A stretch of DNA of 64,000 nucleotides from Salinivirgaceae bacterium (GTDB taxonomy: Bacteria; Bacteroidota; Bacteroidia; Bacteroidales; SZUA-534): the NCBI GenBank assembly GCA_017551905.1, contig JAFZKK010000123.1:853-64852 (forward strand). The letters are read 5' to 3'. This document shows, one piece after another, positions 19,401 to 27,569 of this stretch. The position numbers and the translations under genes are program-made. Numbering within the stretch: the stretch's first letter is position 1; each line of letters opens with the position of its first letter. The notes under the pieces were generated by a model. The model searched no databases. It was given only the letters and a program-made list of their open reading frames with translations, and was not told the DNA's origin.

Positions 19401-21407
19401 ATGATTAGATTTTTAACCATCATATTTGCAATAATGGTATTGATTCTGCCAGCAATGGCCAATACTGACAACGCCTATCATTTAGAGTTGTTGGAAAAAA
19501 GCGATGATTTCATAGACAACAATGATTTCCACGGAGCAATAGCTTGTCTTAAAGAAGCCCTGCCGCTCATTCCTTCAGACTCAATAATATCATTATCATC
19601 AGCTTACAATAGTCTATCCTATTCATATTTTCGTTTGGGAGATTATATAAAAGCCACCGATATTGGGAAAAAAGCTTTGGAATTTGACCAACAAATAGGC
19701 GATTCAGCCAACATATCAAAATCTTTGGCACTACTTGCGGCCATTTTTACACACCAACGGCTATTTGGCGATGCCGAACACTATATGCGCGATGCTATTG
19801 AGATGGTTCCTCACAACAATTCAAATATGTTGGCGGCCCGCTATGCCACGCTTGGAGAAATTTTGGCAGTCCAACAAAAGTGTGATGAGGCCTATGACTA
19901 CATTCTTAAAGCTTATGTTCTCGACACAACCGCTCATCGAGCCTCGAAGGCTGCCATCAGGCTTTCGCAACTTGGTTCTACGCTTGTGTATATGAAAAAC
20001 TATTCGAAGGCGGCGGATGTTTTGGCTCAAGCTTCAACCGAATTGAAGGCTGCCGGAAATATTTCGAGCTTGTGTATAAATATGATAGCTCAAATAAAAA
20101 CATACACTTCTTTGAATAGAAGACTCGATGCTGAGAGAATTGCCGAAGAATGCATCCGCCTAAGCGACAACATAAATCAGCGCAAAACCAAGCTCGATGC
20201 TTTAAAACTTTTGGCCAGTTTGCGCAAAAGCCCTGAGCTCTACCAACAAGCAATGAATTTGAATGATTCGCTATATAATGAGCAGATTCAAAACCAGATA
20301 GCTGAATTCGAGGTCCAGTATGCCAAAGCCGAAGCAGACAAAGCTGCAGCTGAAGAACGAATCAGACACGCCGCCGAAAAACAAAAAATGCGCATTATAA
20401 TTCTCTCGCTCATCGGAGGATTGTTTTTGATTTCGCTTTTGGTGTTCTACATCTTTAGAGTGCTGAGTATCAAAAAGAAAGCCAATGCAGAATTGCTTGA
20501 GAAAAACGCCATTCTGTCGGAGCAGAAAGAGGAGATTCGCGCACAACGTGACGAGATTGAGGAGCAGCGCGACGAAATTATGGCGCAACGCGACCACATT
20601 GAGGCGCAGAGCAAGGAGATTCAGGCCAGCATCAACTACGCACGCCGCATCCAACGCTCAATGCTGACTCCGGCCGAAACCATTTCGAGCATATTCCCCG
20701 ACTACTTCTTGCTCTACATGCCACGCAACGTTGTCAGCGGCGACTATTATTGGGTTGGCCAGTTCGGCGACAACAAAGTCTGCATCGTGGCCGACTGCAC
20801 AGGACACGGCGTGCCGGGCGGTTTTCTAAGTGTATTGGGAATGTCGAATCTGAATTATATTGTAGGTCAGGATGTCAGTCCCGACACTATTCTGAACCGC
20901 CTGCGCGAGGCCATAATATCAAATCTGCGCCAGAACGACAAGTCTCCTTCCGCCCTTCAAGAGGAAGATGATTCCGCTTCGGACTTCTTCCGCAGCAACG
21001 ATGGCATGGACGCAGCCGTTTATGTCGTCAACGAACGGCAGATGAAACTCACGTTTGCCGGAGCTAACAATCCGCTTGTGCTCATCCGCGGCGACGAAGT
21101 TCAGGTGCTGAAAGGCGACCGAATGCCTGTGGGCATCTATGCACGGCTCAACCCGTTCCAAAGCATTACCATCGACATCCAAAAAGGCGACTGCATCTAC
21201 ACCTTCTCCGACGGTTTCCAAGACCAGTTCGAAGACGGAGAAGCTTATAACAAATTCACCGCCAGCCGCTTGCGCGATTTGTTACTCAAAATCCACCAGC
21301 AACCAATGGCCGAGCAGAAGGAAATCCTGAACCGCGAATATGAGCAATGGCGCGGTCCCGCCGAAAACCAAACTGACGATGTGGTGGTTATGGGAGTGAG
21401 AATCTAA
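19401..21407 (+). CDS. TPR-sensor, single-TM SpoIIE/PP2C phosphatase, paralogue 5 (different, shorter sensor)
   Basis: TM, coil and PP2C nearly identical to paralogue 4; the sensor looks unrelated and lacks the YADSC motif. Confidence 0.9.
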   Translation: MIRFLTIIFAIMVLILPAMANTDNAYHLELLEKSDDFIDNNDFHGAIACLKEALPLIPSDSIISLSSAYNSLSYSYFRLGDYIKATDIGKKALEFDQQIGDSANISKSLALLAAIFTHQRLFGDAEHYMRDAIEMVPHNNSNMLAARYATLGEILAVQQKCDEAYDYILKAYVLDTTAHRASKAAIRLSQLGSTLVYMKNYSKAADVLAQASTELKAAGNISSLCINMIAQIKTYTSLNRRLDAERIAEECIRLSDNINQRKTKLDALKLLASLRKSPELYQQAMNLNDSLYNEQIQNQIAEFEVQYAKAEADKAAAEERIRHAAEKQKMRIIILSLIGGLFLISLLVFYIFRVLSIKKKANAELLEKNAILSEQKEEIRAQRDEIEEQRDEIMAQRDHIEAQSKEIQASINYARRIQRSMLTPAETISSIFPDYFLLYMPRNVVSGDYYWVGQFGDNKVCIVADCTGHGVPGGFLSVLGMSNLNYIVGQDVSPDTILNRLREAIISNLRQNDKSPSALQEEDDSASDFFRSNDGMDAAVYVVNERQMKLTFAGANNPLVLIRGDEVQVLKGDRMPVGIYARLNPFQSITIDIQKGDCIYTFSDGFQDQFEDGEAYNKFTASRLRDLLLKIHQQPMAEQKEILNREYEQWRGPAENQTDDVVVMGVRI

Positions 21408-21513
21408 CGTAAACGAAAACTAAAAACGCAAACACTGGCGCAAAACGCTGACACTAACGCAAGCTTTGTGTTCCCACTTATTACTTAAAACTACGAAAAC
21501 TTAAAACTTCCAT

Positions 21514-22422
21514 TTACTTGTCGTCCCTCGCCTTGCTCTTGTTGACAACGCCCACGCCCACAAAAACCAGCGCGGCGGCAAGCACTTTGCCCACCGTAAG
21601 AGTGTCCATGCCGACGCAGATGCTGGCAATGGCGGCGATAATGGGTTGCAGATAGCTGTACATTCCCACAAGCGTGGGGCGTATGCGTTTTTGTCCGAAG
21701 GGTATCAGGAAGTAAGAGATGAATGTGGCGAAAATGACAAGGAATCCGATGTCGGCAATCAGCTTGCCCGAAAACTGGCTGTAGTTGGCCGTCAGCAAAT
21801 CGGATGCACCGAAAGGCAGAGCCGCAACCATCGAGAACGTGAACATCCACTTCATGAACGTCACCACATTGTAGCGCGATATGAGCGGTCGGAAAATGCC
21901 CAGATACATGGCGAAAAACAGGCCGTTCAGAATCATGAGGCCAATGCCCAAAGGTGTCGATTTGTCGACTGCGCCCGAATCGTAAACCGAATTGAATATC
22001 AGAAAAATAACACCGGAAAAACTAATCGCAACACCAAGTATTTTCTTCAGCGTGATGGGTTCTTTGATGAATATGGCCGACACAAACATTGTCATAATCG
22101 GCGTCATGGTGGCCACAATGGTGGCGTCCATCGGAGTGGTGATGGTGATGGCCTTCAGGAACGAAATTTGCGTCAGGAAAAGACCGAGCATCGAGGCGAT
22201 GAAGATGGCTCCCAAATCGCGCAAAGGCACTTTTTCCTTTGGCGTGAAGGCCGATAAAAGCCAGAACAGCGCCGCAGCGCCAATTGAGCGAATGCAGAAA
22301 AGCGCAATGGGCGATAATAGGGCAAAGTTGGCAATGTCTTTGCACACAATGGTGTTGAGGCCAAAAATAACGTATGCGAAAAAAGCCGCTAAATGTCCTA
22401 ATATCAGGTCTTTGGATTTCAT
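21514..22422 (-). CDS. DMT/EamA family transporter
   Basis: About 10 TM helices with internal duplication; FIKEPIT and YSYLQPI motifs. Start taken at MKSKDL. Confidence 0.9.
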   Translation of the reverse strand: MKSKDLILGHLAAFFAYVIFGLNTIVCKDIANFALLSPIALFCIRSIGAAALFWLLSAFTPKEKVPLRDLGAIFIASMLGLFLTQISFLKAITITTPMDATIVATMTPIMTMFVSAIFIKEPITLKKILGVAISFSGVIFLIFNSVYDSGAVDKSTPLGIGLMILNGLFFAMYLGIFRPLISRYNVVTFMKWMFTFSMVAALPFGASDLLTANYSQFSGKLIADIGFLVIFATFISYFLIPFGQKRIRPTLVGMYSYLQPIIAAIASICVGMDTLTVGKVLAAALVFVGVGVVNKSKARDDK

Positions 22423-22504
22423 TGTCGCCTGTCGGTTTTGTGCGGCAATGTTAATCGGATTTTCGCAAATATTCATCATCTTGTGACATTATCGCTTTAA
22501 ATGC

Positions 22505-22512
22505 TACTTTTG
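22505..22512 (+). promoter_or_regulatory. -7 promoter element for the TonB-dependent receptor
   Basis: TACTTTTG 20 nt upstream of the ATG. Confidence 0.55.
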
Positions 22513-22532
22513 CCGCTATAAAACTCGACTTA

Positions 22533-25034
22533 ATGTATTTGAAAAAAACTATTCTTGCTGCGTTATGCTGCGCGGCTTTGTGCGCCAATTCACTTGCACA
22601 GAGCAAGATAACTATCAGCGGCCACATCACAGACCGTAAATCGGCCGAGACAATCATCGGGGCAACCGTGTTCGACAATGAAACACAACGCGGCACCGCC
22701 ACCAATGTTTTTGGATTCTACTCAATAACTCTGAACGCCGGACGGCACAGCCTAACATACTCCTACGTGGGCTGCCAGCCGCAAACAGTCAAATTTGAGA
22801 CAACACGCGACACGGTTATCAATATCAGCCTTTCGGGGAATATTGATATTGAAGAAGTTTTGGTAACGGCCAAAAGTCATGAGTCGGGCATCGAATCCAC
22901 CAAAATGGGCAGTATCGATGTGCCTGTCAAGTTAATAGAGCATACGCCGTCGTTGCTGGGCGAGACCGATGTTCTGCGTACCATTCAGCTGACACCGGGT
23001 GTGCAGCAAGGTGTGGGTGGCGCGTCATCGCTCTATGTAAGGGGCGGCAATGGTGACGAGAATCTGGTATTGCTTGACGGTGCTCCGGTCTATAAAATAG
23101 ACCATTTGTTCGGCTTCTTTTCAGTGTTCACGCCCGAGGCAGTTAAGAAGGTGACGTTCTATAAGACATCTTTTCCGGCACGGTACAATGGGCGCACATC
23201 ATCGGTTATCGACGTGCGCACCAAAGACGGTGATATGAACGAATATCACGGCTCGGCATCAATAGGATTGCTCACATCGCGCATCAATCTTGAGGGCCCC
23301 ATTATCAAAGGAAAAACATCGTTCAGCTTGTCGGGGCGCACAACCTATATTTCGGCTCTCACACGGCCGTTTATGAAAGATTACTCATTGAGCTACTGGT
23401 TCTACGATGTGAATCTGAAACTGAACCACAAATTCTCCGACAACGACCGTATCTACTTCGCGCTCTACAACGGTCTCGACAAGCTGTACAGCTACGAGGA
23501 TATGTATGAATATTCATCTCACCGCCTTGATATTTTAGATGAAAAAGGAGAGTTTATTTACGTTCCGGCGAGTTACACTTACGACGAGAAGCTGCAATGG
23601 ACAAACTTCATTCCGTCGCTGCGGTGGAATCACGTCTTCTCGCAGAAACTCTTCGCCAACACCACCATTAATTACAACCGCTACAAAATGCTTGTCTCGT
23701 CGTACGAAAAAATGGAATGGCACTATCAGGATTTAGGTGCGGAAAATTATAGCTCGCAACGTTATGATTCTGAAATAAAAGATTTTGGAGCGATTATCGA
23801 TTTTGATTATCTGCCTGCGCCGGAGCACACCGTAAAATTCGGCGCAAGCTACACCTGCCACGATTTTGTGCCCGAAACCACCAGCTCAAGATACAAAAAC
23901 ACCGATGAAAATGAGAGAGCCGACACCTCAACTTTCCACAGAGGAATGGCGGTTATGGCCAACGAGGCTTCAGCTTACGCCGATGACGATTGGCAGATTT
24001 TACCGAATCTGGATGTGAATGTTGGTCTGTCGTACACGCTTTTCGCGCTGAAAGAGCGGAAATACCATAACGTTCAGCCGCGCCTGTCGGTCAAATACAC
24101 ACCGTTGAGTTATCTCTCATTCAAGGCCGCCTATTCACGTATGAGTCAGTGCGTTCACTTGCTCACATCGTCGCCAATCTCTTTGCCAACCGACCTCTGG
24201 GTGCCTATCACTAAAGACATTGAACCTGAAACGGCCGACCAATACAGCGTTGGTGCTTATTGCACGGTGCTGCCAGGCTGGGAGTTTTCAGTTGAGGCTT
24301 ATTACAAGGAACTCAACAACGTGCTCGAATACAAAGACGGAATGAGTTTTATGGGTTTTTCGAATTCGTGGACCGACCTTGTGGCTGCCGGACGCGGATG
24401 GTCGAAAGGCATTGAGCTGATGGTGCAGAAAACCGAAGGCAACCTTACGGGAATGGTGTCCTATACGCTGTCGAAGACCGACCGGCAGTTCAGCCGCAAT
24501 TCGGGCGTGAACGACGGCCGTCGCTTCCCGTTCACCTACGACCGCCGGCACAATTTCAATATTGTGGCCAACTATCAGTTGAACAGCAACATAGATATTG
24601 ACGCCTCGTGGACATTCTATAGCGGCGCACGCGTCACACTTACCAACACCAAACAACAGATTCTCAACCCTGATGATTATGCGCTATCTTCCAACTACGA
24701 CAAGTTCTCTTACGATTTAATCGGTTACAACTATTACGAAGAATCTTATACAAACTATCATTATACATACGATGCCGATTATGTTCCCAATCGCAACAAC
24801 TACCTTCTGCCTTGCACCCATTTGCTTTGCGTGGGAGCCAATTTTCACAAACAGAAAAAGCGTTTCGAGCGGGTATTTAACATCTCGGTTTACAATGCCT
24901 ACAACGCTATGAATCCCTCGTTAATCTTTTATTATAATGATTACGATGAATGGAGAGGAGTTGACAACTCAAAATTGAAAAAAATCACTATTCTTCCTTT
25001 AATACCATCATTAACACTGACATATAAATTCTAA
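22533..25034 (+). CDS. TonB-dependent receptor with N-terminal carboxypeptidase-regulatory-like domain
   Basis: Signal peptide; TNVFGFYSITL; plug motifs LYVRGG..DENLVLLDG and HLFGFFSVF; terminal YKF. Confidence 0.92.
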   Translation: MYLKKTILAALCCAALCANSLAQSKITISGHITDRKSAETIIGATVFDNETQRGTATNVFGFYSITLNAGRHSLTYSYVGCQPQTVKFETTRDTVINISLSGNIDIEEVLVTAKSHESGIESTKMGSIDVPVKLIEHTPSLLGETDVLRTIQLTPGVQQGVGGASSLYVRGGNGDENLVLLDGAPVYKIDHLFGFFSVFTPEAVKKVTFYKTSFPARYNGRTSSVIDVRTKDGDMNEYHGSASIGLLTSRINLEGPIIKGKTSFSLSGRTTYISALTRPFMKDYSLSYWFYDVNLKLNHKFSDNDRIYFALYNGLDKLYSYEDMYEYSSHRLDILDEKGEFIYVPASYTYDEKLQWTNFIPSLRWNHVFSQKLFANTTINYNRYKMLVSSYEKMEWHYQDLGAENYSSQRYDSEIKDFGAIIDFDYLPAPEHTVKFGASYTCHDFVPETTSSRYKNTDENERADTSTFHRGMAVMANEASAYADDDWQILPNLDVNVGLSYTLFALKERKYHNVQPRLSVKYTPLSYLSFKAAYSRMSQCVHLLTSSPISLPTDLWVPITKDIEPETADQYSVGAYCTVLPGWEFSVEAYYKELNNVLEYKDGMSFMGFSNSWTDLVAAGRGWSKGIELMVQKTEGNLTGMVSYTLSKTDRQFSRNSGVNDGRRFPFTYDRRHNFNIVANYQLNSNIDIDASWTFYSGARVTLTNTKQQILNPDDYALSSNYDKFSYDLIGYNYYEESYTNYHYTYDADYVPNRNNYLLPCTHLLCVGANFHKQKKRFERVFNISVYNAYNAMNPSLIFYYNDYDEWRGVDNSKLKKITILPLIPSLTLTYKF

Positions 25035-25039
25035 TCTAA

Positions 25040-26383
25040 ATGAAAACTTCAATATTAACCCTTTCGGCTTTTGCCTTTTTGTGCGTTGCTTGCGTAAACG
25101 ACCTTACTCCAAATTTCAGCGATATGGAGGGCGAACTTACCATCAACGCCTTCCTCTTTACCGACCGCGACACCAATTATGTCTATGTGTCGGAAACCCG
25201 GCAAATCGCCCCGCAGCCGGTTAACAACGCCACCATAGAGATGCGCGTCAACGGCTCTTTGGTTGAGACGGTTGACTGTGTTACACCAACTGTCAAAAGA
25301 GAAGTTAAGATAGATGAAGGTGTTACTTTATACGATTCTCTTGAGCAAACTTTAAATGGTGCATACCGGCTGACCAAGCGCTTTGGCGAGGGTGATGTTG
25401 TGCGCATCGATGTCTATTCGAACGGCCGCCACGCTTGGGCCGAAGAGACCGCGCCGCGCAAGATTAAAAATCCGAAGGCCGATTTCAAGATTGCCAATCA
25501 CACAACGTATGAATATGGAGAACAGGAAACCAAAACGTATGCCGATTTCACTATCAGTTTAGATGACATATCACAAGATGCTGAATATTATAGAATTTCC
25601 GCTTATGCAGATTATAATCATACCTCAACCCAATGGATGGAATATTGGTCGTTCTTCTATCAGGAATATGATAATATTGACAGCGTTTATGCTCGGCATA
25701 ATAATATCGACAGCATTTGTGATGAACTGCGAAAAGATTATAAAATGGTTGTGCCTGTAGATTTCACTGATAATGATGGTAATAAGAAAGTTGACATTTA
25801 TTTCTTAAGGAATGAACATAGCCAATACTGGAACCCTGGCAGATGCATTGATTACAGTTATGGTAACGACCCGATTCTATCGGAAGGCGAGATGCCAAAA
25901 TCATCAGACGAAGACGATGCAGACTTTTTAGTTTCTAACATAATCAACAAGCATAAGGTATTTACTGACCGCTTATTTAATAACTCTACCGCCGAAATCA
26001 ACATATCGGTAAATTTGCCTTTCGGTAACATTTTCTTACCCGATAAAATCTACGTATACGACTTTTTGGAACATCTGTCAGAGGACTATCTGCTTATGTC
26101 GGGCACTGTTTACAATATGAAAGTCAAGCTGTCGATAGAAAGCATCAACGAGAACCAGTATTACTACCTGAAGGCGCTGAACGTTTTTGAATCAGACGGT
26201 TATGTGGATATTGCCACATTGTCGGGCGCCCTTAAAATTCCATCGAATGTAAAAGGCGGCTGCGGCAATATCTGCCTGACAACCAACTCGGTGCTCGAAT
26301 TAACAATCTTTGACAATTATGTTGGCGAGCGCGTCATTGTAAATAATGCGGGAAATTACTATGATGGAAGGCTTGAGTGGTAG
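25040..26383 (+). CDS. DUF4249-family lipoprotein, partner of the receptor
   Basis: Lipobox CVAC; C-terminal PSNVKGGCG motif; 5 bp downstream of the receptor. Confidence 0.75.
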   Translation: MKTSILTLSAFAFLCVACVNDLTPNFSDMEGELTINAFLFTDRDTNYVYVSETRQIAPQPVNNATIEMRVNGSLVETVDCVTPTVKREVKIDEGVTLYDSLEQTLNGAYRLTKRFGEGDVVRIDVYSNGRHAWAEETAPRKIKNPKADFKIANHTTYEYGEQETKTYADFTISLDDISQDAEYYRISAYADYNHTSTQWMEYWSFFYQEYDNIDSVYARHNNIDSICDELRKDYKMVVPVDFTDNDGNKKVDIYFLRNEHSQYWNPGRCIDYSYGNDPILSEGEMPKSSDEDDADFLVSNIINKHKVFTDRLFNNSTAEINISVNLPFGNIFLPDKIYVYDFLEHLSEDYLLMSGTVYNMKVKLSIESINENQYYYLKALNVFESDGYVDIATLSGALKIPSNVKGGCGNICLTTNSVLELTIFDNYVGERVIVNNAGNYYDGRLEW

Positions 26384-26406
26384 GATGATAAAACCACTCC
26401 GCTCCG

Positions 26407-27477
26407 TTATTTTCCTCTCTCCAACTCAAACCTGAACGGCTTATCAAAATTGCGGTGCCAATAATATGTGACTGAGGGCTTTGTGAGGTTCATCACCATT
26501 GTCCACTGCGTGCCGCCAACAAAATTTTTGCCCCACGGCTGCTGTGCGACTGAAAAAATGGCCTCGTTGAACTGCTGCTGGTCCATAACACCTTGCGACT
26601 CATCGTAAAGCTGGCAAAGACGGTCGTAGCGCAAGTCGCCGAAAATCCAACCGGCATTGAGTTTCTGCTGGCACAGATAGTGGTTGGCGACAGCGTGCGT
26701 CTCGGTCACAACCATCTGATTATCGACATATTCCACAACAACGCTGCGGCCTTTGGCGTCGGACATTGCATAGTGGTGAGCCGCGCCAATGTCGGAGTGC
26801 ATATCTATTGTGCCAAGCAAATCGATGGCCTCGTCAACCGTGGCGGCCTTTTTCAACAGATAAGCGATGGCCGAAGTGGTGGTAAGAGCCGGCTTGCCCG
26901 TGTTCTGGTGAGTCTCGACAGCGTCGCCAGCCATCAGGTCGGCAATGGCGAAACCACGCTCGTTGATGCCGTCGAGCGCAAGGAACAATCCGCTCAGCGC
27001 AATATATTGATTGACAAAACCTTCAGGCACCCAACCTTCGCTGAATCCGTAAAATTCCACATTGAATGTCGATATGTACTCATAGCCGCGTTTGGGCTTG
27101 GTGCGCAGAATTACGGCTGTAGCCGATGGATAGTCGAAATTTCTGCCCATCAGCACGTTGCCATTGTCGGAGCTGGCAGTGAGTGTCGAGCAACCGAATT
27201 TTGCCGTGTCGGGCGTTCCGTCCGGTGAGTAGTATCCTTTCGACAGAAATTGATTGATGTACGACACCACCTCCTGTGAATTTTTGGCGCCGCCCTGCTC
27301 CAGAAACTCGTCGAAGCCGTCGTCGCCCTTGTATTCCATATAGTAAAGACCGTCGTCTAACTTAACGGCCGACAACGCGCCTTTCACCATTGGACCAAAA
27401 GCGCTCCAAAAGCACACGCACACGACCACAATCAGGCCGAGGATGCATAACAATGTGATTTTTAATAGTTTTTTCAT
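26407..27477 (-). CDS. Membrane-anchored Ntn-hydrolase (linear amide C-N hydrolase / C45-like)
   Basis: N-terminal TM; nucleophile Cys after a pro-segment (FGCSTL); MGRNFDY, DGINERG and ANHYL motifs. Confidence 0.82.
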   Translation of the reverse strand: MKKLLKITLLCILGLIVVVCVCFWSAFGPMVKGALSAVKLDDGLYYMEYKGDDGFDEFLEQGGAKNSQEVVSYINQFLSKGYYSPDGTPDTAKFGCSTLTASSDNGNVLMGRNFDYPSATAVILRTKPKRGYEYISTFNVEFYGFSEGWVPEGFVNQYIALSGLFLALDGINERGFAIADLMAGDAVETHQNTGKPALTTTSAIAYLLKKAATVDEAIDLLGTIDMHSDIGAAHHYAMSDAKGRSVVVEYVDNQMVVTETHAVANHYLCQQKLNAGWIFGDLRYDRLCQLYDESQGVMDQQQFNEAIFSVAQQPWGKNFVGGTQWTMVMNLTKPSVTYYWHRNFDKPFRFELERGK

Positions 27478-27529
27478 ATCAGTTTCAGTTTTTTTGCGCC
27501 ACGAAAATAACAATATATGCGAAACACGT

Positions 27530-27537
27530 TATATTTG
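27530..27537 (+). promoter_or_regulatory. -7 promoter element for the LRR array
   Basis: TATATTTG 32 nt upstream of ATG 27570. Confidence 0.5.
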
Positions 27538-27569
27538 ATTGTTTTTCATCCTAAAATCAATTATTGATT

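Noticed and set aside
11284-21221. Recurring similar antisense ORFs within the phosphatase genes
   Set aside because: Their similarity only mirrors the conserved sense-strand PP2C DNA; no independent motifs.
12157-21460. Repeated spacers between phosphatase genes as a CRISPR array or integron attC sites
   Set aside because: No constant repeat with unique spacers, no attC-type inverted core structure, and no cas or integrase gene; the flanked genes are paralogues.
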